A program made the translations under genes and the position numbers. 64,000 nucleotides of DNA from Octopus vulgaris. Its lineage: Eukaryota. Shown here piece by piece: positions 25,781 through 40,234 of this stretch. Below the pieces are notes generated by a model. That model saw nothing but the letters and a program-made list of their open reading frames with translations. It was not told where the DNA came from and ran no database searches. The stretch spans positions 140,120,001-140,184,000 of the forward strand of contig OX597817.1 of the NCBI GenBank assembly GCA_951406725.2, written 5' to 3'. Every line of letters begins with the position of its first letter. The first letter of the stretch is position 1.

Positions 25781-26068
25781 AACATTGTTTAATATCATTT
25801 AAGATCACACTAATTATTCCTTTATTAATCTAAATAACATATTACTTTCTTTTATTTAATAGTATTATCTAATTATGTTATTTAATATTACTTAATAATG
25901 ATATCTGAAGGACATCTACGTATATATGGCCATATATGTATCATGTGTATCTATCTATATATATATATATCGATTTGTATGTACTTATGTAGTTTTGTTT
26001 CTTGTTTGTCTATATGCTTATTTAAATATCTGTTTGTGTGTATATATATATCCCAACATGCCTAAATA

Positions 26069-26417
26069 TCTCTCTATATATAAACGGCAAAATGTCTGTC
26101 TGTGTGTGTGCGTGTTCTTTATACAAATCCACAATTTTTCAGTGAGAGGGCTCGCACTTTCTATGGTCATTCAAAACCGTTCAAGGGTGGTCGTGCACAT
26201 CTTTACATTTCCCCAGTCACCCCGCAAAGCCATTAAAAAAATCAATAGAAGTGACTTTTTTGTGAATTTTCTATCCAAAACCCAATCAAAATGCCCGAAA
26301 CTTGGTACGCCAATTGAATGCCAGCTAGCTGTATGTGACTGGTCGGAGATTGGGACAGTACTCGCGTGTATGTGCGCACGCACGCAGCTGTATATGCATG
26401 CCGGGTCATAGTGCTAG
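26069..26417 (+). mobile_element. Non-autonomous Helitron, second family
   Basis: A|TCTCTCTATATATAAA start; ...GCCGGGT...GCTAG|T end. Confidence 0.7.
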
Positions 26418-26673
26418 TATGTATATAAATTAATTACTCATATACTTATGCATGCATACTAGTAAAACTAGTACTGGTACACAGGTATGTATATATGGAC
26501 GTATATGTAGGTGTATATACGTATGTATATATGTATATATATGTATATGCATGTATGTATGTATACATGCATGTATGTATGTGCATGCATATGCGTATAT
26601 ATACATATACATAATCTGCCTTTATCTGTATTATCAATGTGCATGTAAATGTCCGTATGTATATGTATGTGTG

Positions 26674-26734
<61 letters not shown>

Positions 26735-27051
26735 ATATCTATCTATCTATCTATCTATATGCATGCGGTTGTAGACCTATTTCTATATGTTTTCTTCAAT
26801 ATCTATTTGTAGGCGTATCTTTCTTTCCCAACATACCTGTATATATATTAAGTTATTTATAATCTTCTGCGTGTGCACGAGTAATTTTGTATTGGTATAT
26901 ATATGTGTGTTCATTTGTATGTATATATGTGTATATACATATATATTTTAATTTGTATGTATCAGTATGTATGTTGCCAAGCGTATGTATGTACTTATGT
27001 GCATATATCTATGTAGATGTGAATGTATGTATATATGTGTGTAGATGTGTT

Positions 27052-27098
<47 letters not shown>

Positions 27099-27556
27099 CA
27101 AGAAGACCCAAAGGTGTCATGTAATGCTGAGTAAGTGCTATGGACAGACTATAGTTAAGCTCTAGTGATTATGCGAATGAGGAGTCCGACGTAGGTCATA
27201 TATTAGCATGCATGTATATAAAAAATTAACAGAATGAGATAAAAATACAAGGCTCAATCCAATAACACGGTTTACAAACTCTGTGCTTGGAATGACCAAT
27301 TTTAAATACTATTAGAACTTACACGCAAGGTACAGGAATCTTATATGTATACCATTATGCTTAAATAATGGAACTGCAGATAAAATATCCCTCTACGTCT
27401 GTTTTCATTCCTCTACTTCGCTCTCTATTTCATATCTTCTCTAGAATAACTATTGCTTAACCATTTTCTCGAACCGTAAGACCTTATCTTTATAAATGTT
27501 CTGAAATCTTTCACAGCCTTAGATTTTTATCTCATTCTGTATATATATATATATAT

Positions 27557-27770
27557 ATAAAAAATGTGACCGCGTGTGTACCGTTAGCGATTTTTTTCCC
27601 TCTGTCTTCCCTTCTCTGGATCTTTCCTTCTCCTATGTTTCCGACGAAGAGCTCCGCTCGAAACGTTGAACCCTCCTTCTTTCCTTCCTTCTTTCCTGAG
27701 CGTCCAATAATACTATATTTGTTCCACGTCCTCGCGTTGTTGTGTTTTTTGTGCTTTCTTGTTTGGATTA

Positions 27771-27773
<3 letters not shown>
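27557..27773 (+). mobile_element. Family A hammerhead element
   Basis: gttt-CCGACGA-a-gagc-tcc-gctc-GAAACGTT-gaac at 27637-27671; (TA)n on both sides. Confidence 0.85.
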
Positions 27774-27832
<59 letters not shown>

Positions 27833-29163
27833 CACATATCTAATTGCATATCATGTAGCTGGATATTTTTACACATATGTACAGAAGCATTTTTGAGTAT
27901 ATAAAAATTATACATAAGTATCTTCTTGTGATATCCTCTCTGTATATAAATATCTATTTTATAAAATATTATTATTTATATTATATATATAATTTTAGCA
28001 ACCCGGTTTTATAACTATTTATTTATAAAAATGTTTATATTTTAAACAAGTTTTGAATATTAAAATTCTTATATATTATTATAATGTACATAGGTTTTTT
28101 TGTAGTGTAATAATGTATGTTTGCACGTATGTAAACTTACATGACCATTATACATTCAGACCTGTATATATATAAACATTATTTATGAACATGTGTATAC
28201 ATTAGTTATAGTATTCCCTCTATAAGTGTATCTGTATGTTATTGTTATGTATGGAGTATATATACATTAACGTATGTATAGGTATCTGTTTCTTTCGTTT
28301 ATATACATATATCTTTGAACCGGTATGTACAAGCATTAACCCTAAAATATAAAGCTATGTATGACACATTTTTTTGGCGTGTGCACATCAATCTACATAT
28401 GATGTCATTAATTTTCATTTTTTCTTCATTACCACAACAAATATAAGCAAGATAATTTTTCCCTTTAGTGTCATCTCCCCTACACTTCATAATTTTGAAT
28501 TTTTTCTTTTCCCCTAAATTATTCACAACTTTTTTCGATATATATAACTTCTTTATACCGTTCTATAGATCATTCATAGTTTTTAGAAGTGGATAAAGTA
28601 AGTAAATACCTCCTCATCTTCATATATTTATTTATTATTAAAAAATGTTTATATTTGTTTTATTAACCATCTTTTAGTACATACCTTATAAAATAACCTT
28701 CTACAAATTTAACTATACTTATCTCCTATAAAAATTAAACATTATTTACATAAAACATTTTTATTATAAAGTTTATAGTTTATATACCACAAACTATTTA
28801 TAATTGTTATTAAACATTTTTTCAAACTAATATCTAAGCATTATTGATTATTGGCGGTTAAATATATATTTTAGTCCCCAGTATTTAAAATTCCACACTC
28901 CCTTATTTGGTTAGTCTTTTTCCGTTAAATACAACCCCACCTGGTTTTTTTAATTTCGTATATGGGAATTTAAAATTAGCTCCGTTATATTAATCTATAG
29001 AGAGAATGTAACCCTTATTAATTTTTTATATACAGCAACACTCAACTGAGACCCTTCAGTCTTGTTTTAAATAAATATGTCTCTAAAAACAATTACACAT
29101 TACGAACACCATACCTATGTAATTCTAACGTCTTTTTAGCTTTTTTGCCTTTCCTTAATTTTT

Positions 29164-29237
29164 GCTACTGACGAATACTTTTTGACAACCTAGATTCTTA
29201 AAATTTCTTGTCTTTCTGTATGAAACGATCGTATAGC
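29164..29237 (+). ncRNA. Type I hammerhead ribozyme with long stem II
   Basis: gcta-CTGACGA-atac...gacaa...ttgtc...gtat-GAAA-cgatcg-TA-tagc. Confidence 0.85.
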
Positions 29238-29719
29238 TACATGAATTAAAATAACTTCAATCCATATTAACATCTAATCTCCTCCATTTATGAAAAAATA
29301 TGACTGAATTTGTTAAACTTTGTTTTATAAGTTAAATCACATATTTAATATACTTACAAATATATATAAAAACTGAAGAAACACATTTAGCCTCTTCTAC
29401 AGAAACAGGCTTGTAGTTAAACCTGAGAATTCTGTCACTCTCTGTCTCCTTCTCTTCCTCTTTCGCCTCTCTCACTCTCTCATTCTCTTTCTATTTTACT
29501 GTGCATAAAACGGGTGATGAGCTGGGGAAACTGGAGAAAGAGAGAAAGTGAGAAAAAGAGAAAAAAACAGAAGGAAAGAGAAAGAGATGAAGAGAGAAGA
29601 GAGAGAGGGGGAAAAAGGCCTCTTTAGTTTAAACACGGGGGCTATTTCAACAACGAGGCCTATTAACCGCATGTGTATACTGTATGTCCATTTACAAAAT
29701 TATCTATAAGCACGATGTC

Positions 29720-29778
<59 letters not shown>

Positions 29779-29793
29779 GATTATATAATCTAC

Positions 29794-29824
<31 letters not shown>

Positions 29825-30479
29825 GGTGTGTATGTGTTTGTGTGCACATGAGTGTGTGTGTGTGTGTTTCTGCTTAAATTTTGGAACATTTTTGTCTCTG
29901 TCTTTCTTTCTCCTTTGCTTTACTGTCTCTCTCTCTCCTTCCATCTCTCACCAACTTACCCCTCTGTTGCTTTCTCTCTCTCTACCCTCCACTCTTTCTC
30001 TCTTCTACCACGTGACCCGTAACCTTTCTCATCTCTCTTATCGTCTTTTTCGCCTGACCATTAACTCGCTCAGTCATGTTTCTCTCGCTTCCTTCTCTAT
30101 TTTCAACATGGTTTGTTGTTGTTTTTTTTTCTTTTTCACCTTTCGATCTATTTTCCCATCTGCCCTCTTTTCCTTTTCTAGTTCTATAGGGCATTTTCCC
30201 GTTCTTTGCGTTACCCATATATTCGTATCTTCTTAGAGCTGCACAGCCATATTTTGTTTGTATATTTATTTTGTGCTGCTTTTATATTCACATTTGTGTC
30301 GTGTTTGTTTTCGTCACTGTCCCCACTGTCCCTCGCTTATTCCCGGCAGCTTCTCGCTGTTGACGCCACCAAAAAGTGGACAATAGATATAAAGTAATAC
30401 AATGAGGAAAAATAGAAGTCAAAATATGAGTATAAAAATATTTTTATTAATATTTAGCAGAAGCAACAGAGTGACTCAA

Positions 30480-31330
30480 TGGCCGAGCGTTTGGCCCAGT
30501 CGAATGCGCAAGGAGACATGTTAGCGTTGATTCGTGGGTTCGATTCTGGCAGGGGTTAGCTCAGTCCAGTGTAGCAGTTTTCCACGGATTTCAGGATTTG
30601 ACAATTTTGACAGTAAGATATTGTGGCCAAATCTGTCGAACGCTTTACTGAAGTCAAGATACAGGGTATCAGAGTTGGAACCTTAGCTCAGGTTGTGGTG
30701 TGAGAGGTGTGTTAGACAGTTCTTGCCGCAGCGAAAGCTATGCTCGTTTCAGCTTAGGAGATTGTGATTCTCCCGGAAGTCAGATATCCTTGATCTCACC
30801 ATTCTTTCAAGCATTAATGATACGGGAGGTGATTGAGATTGGGCGATAGTTGACTGCAAGGGATCTGTTTCCCTGTTTGAAAACCGGAATGACAAACTGC
30901 GATCCGAACTGTTTCGGCATATAACCTGAGTCTAAATAATTTCTCCAGAGGTTGGTTAGAGGGGACTGCAGGTTGGTGTCTACATTCCTTCAAGAGACTA
31001 GCGGGGAATCTATCAGGGCCTACAGCAGAATAATATTTGATCTCATTTATTGCTGCTACGATGTCTGAACCAGAAAAGGCTATGGCCGAGATTATATGTT
31101 GAAGATCGACTTCGTTCACATCACTAAAGACAGAGCTGTATTGTTTCTGCAGTACTTCTGCCATTTCTTTAGCATCGCGTTGGGAATGCCGTTATCATCG
31201 ATCAATGGAACAATGGGTGAAACAGCAGTCCTATGCCTATTTGTATATGAAGAGAAAATTTGGGGGTTATATTTTATTTATTTGATTACCCACTGTTCCT
31301 CTGCAGGTCTTGGATTTTCAATGCAGGTTT
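30480..31330 (-). mobile_element. CR1/L2-group LINE RT relic
   Basis: SAVGPDRFPASLLKEC...NYRPIS...YLDFSKAFDRFGHNILLSKL. Confidence 0.85.
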
Positions 31331-31413
31331 TCATATTGGGCTGAAGATGAATTTTTTCCAACCCCAGCCTTACATACATACATAATACACACACACACGC
31401 GCGCGCACGCACA

Positions 31414-31539
<126 letters not shown>

Positions 31540-32281
31540 GGAAGGGAAAATGCCCTATATATATTATATATGATTATATATATCATTATATATATATATA
31601 TATATATTCATACATATTTTATCTTATTGTAACATGGTCATGCCTGGGCACCGCCGAATTTTACAAAACAAATCTGGTTAAGCAAAAGGAACTGAAGTAG
31701 GCATTTCATATATATATTTCTGATCAGACACTGCGGTATATTCATAAACATATTACACACACTCACACACACACACGTACGCGCAGACACACGTACGCGC
31801 AGACACACGCACACACACACCTCACCACACCACACACGTATCTGTGCCTGTGTGTACGTGTGCACGTGCATGTGAGTTGAATGTACGATGTACGTGTATA
31901 GTACCGCAGTATTTAAGTTGAATATATATAGATATACGTACATGTGTGTGTATTTATACATACACACATACATATATGCATACACACACACACACACATA
32001 TATACATAATGCCGCCGAGAGTTAGTTGTGATTAACAAGATGTTTTATATTTAATTAGTTTTTGTTAATGTAACACGTTTTTTGTAGCTCTAAAAGTTGT
32101 TATTAATTTCATTGCTTCTCAAAAGAGGTTTTTTATATTCTTTATGTAAATGAATGATGAAACAACGCTTGCGTGTGTATACATCTAGTATGTCTAGGTG
32201 TGCATGTGTGTGATACCTATTTATGCATGTATATATGTGTATATGTATGTATGTATGTATGTATGTATCTATCCATCTATA

Positions 32282-32347
<66 letters not shown>

Positions 32348-32375
32348 TATACATATATATACATACACACACACA

Positions 32376-32437
<62 letters not shown>

Positions 32438-32879
32438 ATAGAAATATGTTACAAAAAGAAAATAGAAACTACAATGGAAATGTAAGGGGAAAGTAAGAAG
32501 AAAAATAAGCGAAAATGCACATTGTAAATCAAAAAAAGTAAAGGCTTTTTATGAAAAGTAACGATAGATATAAACAGTTAGATGAACTGAGGTAGGAATA
32601 AAAGTAATAAAAGCCATTATTGTGATTTGTTAAAGAGATTCAAAAGCATACCGGTTTCGTAAAATTACTAATCATTACTTGGAATGCACACCGATTACTG
32701 AACGGTGTCAGGTCTACTAGTCCCTGAGTAAAAAGATAATGTTTAAGGGAGGTAAGTAGTTCTGGATTTGGTGCAATTAGGGTAGATATAGATCTGTAAT
32801 GTGAATGGTGTATGGGACGTATGGGGGTTAGTGGTATTAATTGAAAGGTTAGTAGTGTTCTGTATTATGTTATGTGTTC

Positions 32880-33595
32880 ATATTGAGTTGTGGAAGATAT
32901 TTATTGATGAAAGTTGCCTCTTTATTCATTCTTTGTTGTACTGAGGTGTTCTGTGAACATTGATAGAAGGGGAAATTAGGAAATTAGGATTAAGATTCTT
33001 AGCACACCTTTCTATGTGTTCACTGACCTGTATCTTTCTGTATTGTGGGTGGCGGATTTGTTCTTTGTGGAGAGTGGTTCTTTGACGGAGTGATATTCCT
33101 GTTTGGCCAATGTAATTATTACCACATCCTAAGCATGTAATGGCATAGATTAAATTTCCCGAGGCACAGGTGAAATTTGATTTAATCTTAAATGTTTCAT
33201 CTTGTGTAAAGTGGAGCTCTGAACCCTCCAAAAGATGGGGGCATTACCACAATTAGGTCGACCACATTTTTTTCACTTTTGGCTCTGTTGTTAAGGGATA
33301 TAGTCTTGCGCTGGTTAATATTTTTTTCAATGATTTACGTTGCATTTTGCTTTTGATAATTTTGTGTGAGCCTAAAATTTTGTTCATTGTTTTATCTCCT
33401 GTGAGGATGGGTAGATTTCGGATGATAATGCTAAAGGCTTCATTGTTTCTAGGGTTATGTGTGGAGATGTATGGGAGTATTTTTAAGTCTGGTTTAGTAT
33501 TTTGGTTGACTTCCCATAATGTTCGTATATCTATTTCCTTAGCTCGTTTAATGCCATCATATATTAATGATATTGGGTAATGCCTTTTAATTAGT
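32880..33595 (-). mobile_element. Penelope-like element (Neptune-like), linker and GIY-YIG endonuclease
   Basis: KRHYPISLI...LPYISTHNP...CGRPNCG...NLIYAITCLGCGNNYIGQTGISLRQR...H; frameshifted. Confidence 0.9.
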
Positions 33596-34343
33596 ATCGA
33601 TTATCACAAAAATTATCACAAAAACTGCTACTCAGAGTTTCACGTTCCCGATCGTGGAATACTCTACCTCCGGTATTCGAGTTATATCCCCCCCTGTTTC
33701 ATATTTATGTGCTTACTCGTATATGTATGAATGTATGTGTGTATGTAAATGTATATCAAATACTGAGCGTCTACAACGAAACAGCGCGCACATGCAAAAG
33801 CATTATTTCGACTCCAAGCATTGTTTTTTCTTGTAGTTTATTCTTATACGACGGCGCGTGGCTCAGTTGTTAAGACGTACAGCTTGGGTTCAATTCTAGC
33901 TCCATGTAACGCAATATCTTTGAGCAACGGAGTTCATCTCACTTGGCTCCAGTTTACCGGTGTGTGTGTGTATGTGTGTGTGTGTGTTTTGTGTGTGTGT
34001 GTGCATGCGTGTCTGTGTTTGTCCCCCACCACCGCATGAAAACCGGCTTTGGTGTGTTTACGTCCTCGTAACATAGCAGTTCGGTTTAAGATATCGATAA
34101 GTTCCGGTCTTTAAAAAGTACGTCCCGGGGCGGAAGAAAACACTTATAGAACCATAAACATGTAAAAAAAGAAAAGTAAAAGGCACTGACCAAACTGATG
34201 GCAGAAGATCAGCTGGGGGTCAAGAAAGCCTTGCTGAAAGATAGCCATACACATCCAATGCAAAAGGTGGAAATATAACTTCTGCGCCTCTTTTCATTGC
34301 GTTTTTTGACAGCCTTACTTTCACTTTAAGCAGGAGATATTTT

Positions 34344-34768
34344 AAGGCGGCGGGCTGAGAGAATCGTTAGCACATCAGGCGAAATGCTCAGCGGTATTTC
34401 GTCTGCCATTACGTCCTGAGTTCAAATTCCGCCGAGGTCCACTTTGTCTTTCATCCTTTCGGGGTCGATAAATAAATTACCAGTTACGCACTGGAGTCGA
34501 TGTAATCGACTTAATCCGTTTGTCTGTCCTTGTTTGTCCCCTCTGTGTTTAGCCCCTTGTGGGTAGTAAAGAAATAGGTATTTCGTCTGCCGTTACATTC
34601 TGAGTTCAAATTCCGCCGAAGTCCACTTTGCCTTTCATCCTTTCGAGGTCGATAAATTAAGTACCAGTTACGCACTGGAGTCGATGTAATCGACTTAATC
34701 CGTTTGTCTGTCCTTGTTTGTCCCCTTTGTGTTTAGCCCCTTTTGGATAGTAAAGAAATAGGTATTTC
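34344..34768 (+). mobile_element. SINE family 1 with tandem duplication of its 3' ~185 bp
   Basis: GGTATTTCGTCTGCC...GTAAAGAAATA unit occurs twice. Confidence 0.9.
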
Positions 34769-35175
34769 TATGATATGTTTATGATTTGGCTGTGATGTTT
34801 TCCAGTGGATACGTTTGTCTAATTGAATTCATAAACAAGGGTCGACAGCCAATATGTCACATGATCAATACTACTACTTTTAGATAACATCTACATATGA
34901 ATCACCCTTGGAAACTTGTTTAGTATTTTTCCCACCATGTTCTTCCATACTATTTTGAATAGCCCAATTAAGGATTGTTTACTGGCTACGAATCTTGTAT
35001 AAACAATGTACGAAAGCGTAGCTGTGTGGTGAGAACCTGCGTTCCCAACCACATGGTTTCGCATTCAATTCAACTGCATGACATCATAGCCTCGAGCCGA
35101 CCAAAGCCTCGTCAGTGGATTTGGTAGGCGGAAACTGAAAGAAGCTCGTTGTATGTATATATATATATGTACACA

Positions 35176-35334
35176 CACACATTTTTTTCTCTCCTTGTTT
35201 TTTCTATGTCCCTTTCTGTAGAAGAGCGTAGGCTCGAAACGTAAAAGACTTTTTCTATTCCTGAGCGTTATACTAATACATCTGTTTGTTTTGTACACCA
35301 CCTGTCTTCGTCTTTTGTTTTTTTCATAAACTCT

Positions 35335-35337
<3 letters not shown>
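35176..35337 (+). mobile_element. Family B hammerhead element
   Basis: cttt-CTGTAGA-a-gagc-gtag-gctc-GAAACGTA-aaag at 35212-35247. Confidence 0.85.
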
Positions 35338-35390
<53 letters not shown>

Positions 35391-35396
<6 letters not shown>

Positions 35397-35596
35397 GTGA
35401 CCGCGTGTGTACCGTTGGCGATATTTTTTCTCTGTCTTCCCTTCCTTGGACCTTTCCTTTTCCTATATTTCTGACGAAGAGCTCCGTTCGAAACGTTAAA
35501 TCCTCCTTTCTTTCCTTTCCTGAGCGTCCAATAACACTATACTTGTTCCACGTCCTCGCGTTGTTGTGTTTTCTCTTTGTGTTTTCATGTTAGGAT

Positions 35597-35601
<5 letters not shown>
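35391..35601 (+). mobile_element. Family A hammerhead element
   Basis: attt-CTGACGA-a-gagc-tcc-gttc-GAAACGTT-aaat at 35467-35501. Confidence 0.85.
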
Positions 35602-35664
<63 letters not shown>

Positions 35665-36199
35665 ACTCTTTCTGGGTTTCCTTCTTTTTGGAATGGAATG
35701 ATATTTTAATAGACAAGATAATGACAAAGGTTCTTGTTGCTTATATTCCTATCATTTTCAGAATGCCAATTCATAAAATTATTTTACAAGAGTTTTATTA
35801 AATATTTCTTGTTATTATTTTTACCGATGTGATGTGTCCTTAGTCTTTATTCTTTAGTTTTAAATCAACTCTGATTGATAATCTACAGTCAACTCAATAA
35901 CCAAAGGGTCTCCTGTTAGGATCATCTTGTCTGTTTTGAAGGATATCTAGGAGTACATTACGTAATGCATTCTTCACATTTTGAGATGGTAGTGTGTAAT
36001 TTGAGAAGATTTGGCTGCTATCTCTAAAACGTCAAGTTACTGAGATATTTACTTTTGTCAGACTCTACAGGAACATGGCCTCCTTACCCATGCATACATG
36101 CTTTCACACACACACATACACAATGTTGCTCCTCCCAAATGTTTCTCAGTGTTATCCTTCGACTTAAAGTGAAGTGATGTCTCTCTATATGCGACTGAA

Positions 36200-36401
36200 T
36201 ATATGTGTGCGTGTGTGCGTATGTATGTATGCTTGTGTGTATGTGTATTTGTGTGTATAACTGTATGCATGTATGTATTTATGTATGTGTGTGTATGTAT
36301 GTATGTGTGTGTGTATGTATGTGTGTATGTATGTATGTATGTATGTATGTGTATGTATGTGTGTATGAATGTATGTATGTATATATATGTATGTGTGTAT
36401 T

Positions 36402-36435
<34 letters not shown>

Positions 36436-36570
36436 TGTATGTTGTATGTATGTACGTTTGTGTGTATGAATGTATGTATGTATGTATATATATGTATGCA
36501 TATATTTATGTATGTATGTTTGTATGAATGTATGCATGTATGTATGTTTGTGTGTATGAATGTATGTATG

Positions 36571-36604
<34 letters not shown>

Positions 36605-36686
36605 TGTATGTTTGTGTGTATGTATGTATGTATGTATACATGTATGTATGTATGTATGTATGTATGTATGTATGTATGTATGTATA
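36200..36686. repeat. (TATG/TG)n microsatellite, representative of dozens of TA/CA/TACA/TAA/TAGA/CTT tracts in the window
   Basis: Directly visible. Confidence 0.95.
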
Positions 36687-38469
36687 GAAGCGTGTATCAT
36701 GTATTCGGCATCTACCGGTTCTGTACCGTTTACTATTTTACCATCCCCGCCTTGTCAGTTCCAGTGTTCCTCTATCGACGGCTTTCACTTCTTGTGTTAA
36801 CTTTCTCTGTTTGTTACCTGTCTGTCTGTCTACCTGTCCCTCCTTTATTCCCCACCCCCGTGTATATATCATGGAGCCAGATGGAAGCAGAAACCAACCA
36901 ACTGTCCCGCATTTATATCGGCGATTATCACAGAGAAATTCTGTATTAGCTGAGACTCAACTTTATGATTTAGTGTAGTTCGGTGCTTCTTAATATACAG
37001 AATATTGTGGAAGCCGTAAAATCTGTCTTGTCTCGTAAGTTTTTTCCATGGAGTTCCTTCTGGCAAAACCAGTCCTATGTAGAATCAACAGATCCCCGTG
37101 GTTCTGTATTGTAGATCTATATTTGAAATTTTCCAGCCTTGTCAGGAAATGGTCGACACGATGCTATGATTATATTTTGGAATTTTGGTTTTAAGGTTTC
37201 TTTCACTTTTTCTTGTCAGGTTGTGTTTTGAAACTCATTTAAAAAAAATTTCCGAACACATTTGTTGCAAGAAATTACTCTCTTATCTACAGAAAAACGG
37301 TTTTGTTCAAAGACGATGAAATTGGCATTTTTTCTCTTAGAACGTTAGACAAAATAGCCTTTGATGTTTTTATCAGTTTTTTGCTGTCTGAGCTCTTAGA
37401 TGGTTGACTTATTCCTAGACACTCTTCAACATCACCACTTGGTCTTTGTGTGCCTTTAGCGGAATTTACTCTGTTGCAAGCATTTGGCCCTGATCTCTAC
37501 TTTGAGGATAACTGAAGAAATGAGGGCCATAAACTCAGCCCTCATCTCTTCCTTGATGAACCAGTGAACATCTAAGTTTATCCCTTGGTGGAGCGTCTAT
37601 TTAGTTTGAATTTGATTATGTAACCCTACACTCTCCTAAAAATGAAAGATTAATCACCGGTGTATCTTTATTCAAGGATCTGTCTAGCCTAAGATAACTC
37701 AGGTCTAAACGACAACGACCCCTACTTTCTAGAATGTTCGATCTTAGATTTATGATAAGTCTCTATTTCTACAAGTTGTTTCGCTTCAGTACCTCACAGC
37801 TATATTCCATCAATGTGAAGTTTGGCTGGTTGTGTTCTGAAACTGCCATAATTATCTTCCGCTTTTTAATTAGGATTTCCTGTTCAATTAATTTTTAATT
37901 TATTAATATAACGGAGCAGTAATTCATTAAGGGGTTTAAATAGAAAAGTAAATTAAAATAGCTTGGATACATTAAAATATATAAATAATCAAGTTGGAAA
38001 GATTTATGAAGAGGAAAACAACGAAGAAAGCAAATGCGAAGGCAAATATATTTGATATTTCTGCAAAAGCGACAAGAAGAACTTGATTTAAATACAAATG
38101 AAATATTGTTTCAAGGTGATAGAAAAAGAGAAAGAAGTAGAGTGTTAACTTGGGTTTAAAGCAAAGGTGAAACTAAATTGATTGGTTTATTGATGATTGC
38201 CAGGAGGACAAATCTAGTTGCTAATGGTAACGTAAATTCCCTTCCGAATAGTTTAATATATTTCATTATGTGCATGTTTTATCACGGCCAATCCAGCAGT
38301 AAATACTTACCACGACATTATGGTAACCGTCTGAATACAGATTATTCAACTTACTGTAATGAGCTTAAATTCGCTTTACGGTGGTAGTGTTGATATAATA
38401 TATCTGATAGGCATATCATTAGCGCACGGTAATGAGGTCAGTCTTTGTTCACGGTAGTAACGTAAATAC

Positions 38470-38800
38470 AACATACTGCTGCCACTCGGTCGGTTACGAC
38501 AATAAACGTTCCAATTGGTCCGATCAACAGAACAGCCTGCACGTGAAACTAACATGCAAGTGGCTGAGCACTCCACAGACATGCATAACCCTTAATGTAA
38601 TTTTCAGTGAGATTCAGAGTGATACAGAATGTGACAAGGCTGGCTCCCTTTGTATTACAGGTATTGTTCACTTTTGCCAGCTGAGTGGAGCAACGGGAAA
38701 TTAAGTGTCTTGCTCAAAGTCAAAAGACGTCACCAGGAATCGAACGTCCGACCTTGCGATCGTGAGCCGAATACCCCTAACTACTAAGGCATGCGCCTTC
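38470..38800 (-). mobile_element. tRNA-derived SINE family 4
   Basis: Minus-strand head GAAGGCGCATGCCTTAGTAGTTAGG...GTTCGATTCCTGG. Confidence 0.7.
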
Positions 38801-39312
38801 ACGAATACAATATATTTAAGAGGTTTTTCGTAATCTTACAGTAGTGAGTTCAAATCCTCCTCATGAACCTAGAGAAGGCAGCTGGCAGATGTTGGAATGC
38901 TTGACTTCAGACCAGACTCCTTCCGATCGTTTCATACAGTCCTGATCCTATACGTAAACAATAACTGACAAGCCAACAGTACATTTTATATTAACTCCCT
39001 TTGTAACCAGAATCCTCTGCCTCCATCTCATAGAACTTTAATTCTACTACCAGGGATTCCTTGATGATTCGAGTTAACAAGGAAGCTATTAAGTGGTTTA
39101 ATGACCTGCTAGAAAAAACAGTCACGTCCCTCCTTCATTTAACAAGAAACATTAGTATGCAAAATGGACAATTTCTAGGATGTATTTATGCATTAGAATA
39201 AGATTGGATGGTCATGGTTGGAATATTAATGACCATAAATCTACCGAATCAGAACTGGCTTGGAACTAAACAGCAACAAGAAAAACAAAAATACAATAAT
39301 ACTTCTCTCAGC

Positions 39313-39516
39313 AAGGCGGCGAACTGGCAGAAACGTTAGCACGCCGGGCGAAATGCTTTGCGGTATTTCGTCTGTCTTTACGTTCTGAGTTCAAATTCCG
39401 CCGAGGTCGACTTTGCCTTTTATCCTTTCGAGATCGATAAATTAAGTACCAGTTGCGTACTGGGGCCGATCTAATCAACTGGTCCTCTCCCCCAAAATTT
39501 CGGACCTTGTGCCTAG
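39313..39516 (+). mobile_element. SINE family 1 head with an alternative tail and TSD
   Basis: AATAATACTT(C/A)TCTCAGCA duplicated on both sides. Confidence 0.85.
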
Positions 39517-40234
39517 AATAATACTTATCTCAGCACCAGTCTTTGAACATTTAGCTTATTTCCAAAAACTTTCATTTTCAAGGACGTCTTATGTTCTATT
39601 TGATTTTAAAGTGAATATCATAAATGAGGTCTAATAATATTGAAACATGTCAGGGGTTGTCGCACTTCAGTTGAAACTAAAGCTTAGACTCCACTGTATT
39701 CCGGCATTCCACTTTTCATTAATTATAATTGACTATGAGCTACTGTCTCCCCTACTTTTTGCACAATAATTATTCTTCTCAACACTGGAAATTTTGATTA
39801 GCTAAAATTTCTTGACTCATTAAATTATGCTAGCACCTGACTTAGTGTTTTATGTAACGTGCAGCCCTTGTTACTTTCCCAGTTCTAATTATTAAATTCG
39901 AGTTGGACAAAATGCTTAGTGGCACTTCATTCAGTTTTGGCTCCAAAACTTTTCCGAGGTCGATTTTAACTTTCATTCTTTTGGAATCGATAAAATACAT
40001 ACAAGTTGTAATCAATATGCCCATTCCCCTCATAAATGTTGGCCTTCTACCAAGATCAGAAAGAATCATCATCATCATCATCATTGCAAATATCATTACT
40101 GTTATTACTACTAAGGCGGTGAGCTGGCAGAAACGTTAAGTGCGTCGGGCAAAAAGCTTTACGATCCGAGTTCAAATTCTGTCAAGGTGAGCTTTGCTTT
40201 TCATCCTTTCGGGGTCGATAAAATAATTACTTGT

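Noticed and set aside
32645-32700. Hammerhead downstream of the Neptune-like relic
   Set aside because: GAAACCGGTA and stems remain but CUGANGA is absent; relic only
36870-37800. Possible decayed coding sequence on the minus strand
   Set aside because: Fragments are short and carry no motif I can assign
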